20,000 nt of DNA from Chromera velia. Lineage: Eukaryota. Below, piece after piece: positions 18,807 through 20,000 of the stretch. Position 1 is the first letter of the stretch, and every line of letters begins with the position of its first letter. The notes beneath the pieces were generated by a model, which had not been told where the DNA came from, ran no database searches, and worked only from the letters and a program-made list of their open reading frames with translations. The DNA lies in contig JAHBMJ010000355.1 in the NCBI GenBank assembly GCA_018398765.1, forward strand, positions 110,368 to 130,367, in the 5' to 3' direction. Both the position numbers and the translations under genes were made by a program.

Positions 18807-19791
18807 TAAAGTTAGACCTAAACACACCACTTAAAATCTTAAATTCTCAATTGTACAGTGTTAATTCTACTGTTCAAAAATCATTTTTTGAAAATCTGTG
18901 TCGCAAGCCGCTGCGTGTATGGGGTAAGTTTTGAATTTTTAATAATGTTGCATGTAAAAATGGTGTAAGTCTTCAAAGTTCTAAATTTTAAATCTAAAAT
19001 CTTCAAAAGCAATACTATGCATAGCTATAGATACGGCGTAGATTTCGAAAAACCTAGTAAAAAACCGTGCCAGAAACCGTATATATTGATGCGGCAAACG
19101 TAAGTGCGGCGCATAACGGAACCTAGAACCGAACAAAAACTTACCTAGAAACCTCAGGCTACAAGTTTATAAAAATTTAAAGCAGTAGTTTAAAAGAATT
19201 TAACATAATTCAACGTGAAAACAGAAACTAGAGGTCAACCACGGATTTAAAGAAATTTATTAGGGAAATTAAAAAAGTTTAAAACAAAAATCTAACTATA
19301 CAGATTTTAATTTGAAGAAGGAATTTAGCATTGCATAAAAATTAGTAGTAATTTAGAGAACGTCAACTTACATGTACGTACATACCTGCTTTGTATTTTA
19401 ACAATCGGTTTCACAAAGGACACTACCTTCTGATATAAGAAGACACCCGCTCGTAGTTTTCTGAAGAAAAATGGTTGAGAAATAAAGGAGATCTGGTCAT
19501 CCAATTATCTCTGCCGTCTCCGTCTGTTTCTCTTCCAAGCATCACTCTGCTGGGCCGGTTCCTGTGTCCGCTTGCCACTCTCTTTGCTCCCGGAAGGAGC
19601 GCGGGGGCGCGGAAGCGTGGACACCGGTGGGGGGAGCGAAAGGACCCGCCGAACCCAGCGACGTGAGCAACCGATACGCGGCCACGCAGGGCTGAACGAT
19701 ACGCATCACTCAGATTGAGCATAGAATTCCTCGTTGCTGCTTTTATCTCTATTGAACAAACCCATCGAGACTCGGCAAGGGAGCAGCACCC

Positions 19792-20000
19792 ATGTCGCAG
19801 TCTCCTGAACACAAGCAATCTTCTCCTTCCCCGTCTCGACATGACCTCTCTGATAAGAGAGCTGGACCGTCTCCTCCTCCGTCTTCAACATCTCCTACTC
19901 CTCCGTCTTCAACCACTGACTGCCATCGCCCAGGACGTCGGAAAACATCAAAAGGCCAGTCAAAGAGTAAGGCAGATGGCGCCAGCGAAGTGGGCCTGTC
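19792..20000 (+). CDS. Probable 5' end of a gene with an S/P-rich N-terminus (MSQSPEHKQSSPSPSRHDLSDKRAGPSPPPSSTSPTPPSSTT...), truncated by the window edge
   Basis: ATG at 19792 and 69 open codons to the edge, so absent from the stop-terminated ORF track. In-frame 24-nt-period duplication at 19874-19913. Composition shifts from AT-rich to GC-richer upstream. No recognisable domain. Confidence 0.5.
   Translation, partial: MSQSPEHKQSSPSPSRHDLSDKRAGPSPPPSSTSPTPPSSTTDCHRPGRRKTSKGQSKSKADGASEVGL

Noticed and set aside
19423..19891. Minus-strand ORFs 19423-19842 and 19706-19891
   Set aside because: No recognisable domain; they overlap the more plausible plus-strand start at 19792 and its upstream region.

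Overview
Eukaryotic genomic DNA with microsatellite-rich GT-AG introns, TGCAG acceptors and frequent TGCATGCA-like motifs. This style suggests a chromerid/apicomplexan-related alveolate such as Chromera (inference). The core is a divergent gene pair. One is an intronless 681-aa minus-strand gene (2964-5009) with CUE-like, SIM-like, PUB and C-terminal CAP/SCP modules. The other is a 17-exon plus-strand gene (5891-16990, 1300 aa by my manual splicing) for a Spinster-like MFS transporter with a ~660-aa central loop. A probable third gene starts at 19792 and runs off the window. The AT-rich intergenic flanks (about 1230-2880 and 17350-19420) hold three short non-autonomous TIR elements and a recurrent scar: an 8-bp direct repeat flanking CTAG, with six perfect copies and several near-perfect ones. 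A 631-bp element with CTAG termini and an 8-bp target-site duplication (1692-2322) lies in the same window. I therefore interpret the scars as 12-bp excision footprints of a CTAG-ended DNA transposon family that I cannot assign to a known superfamily. Most short ORFs in the track are microsatellite or antisense artefacts.
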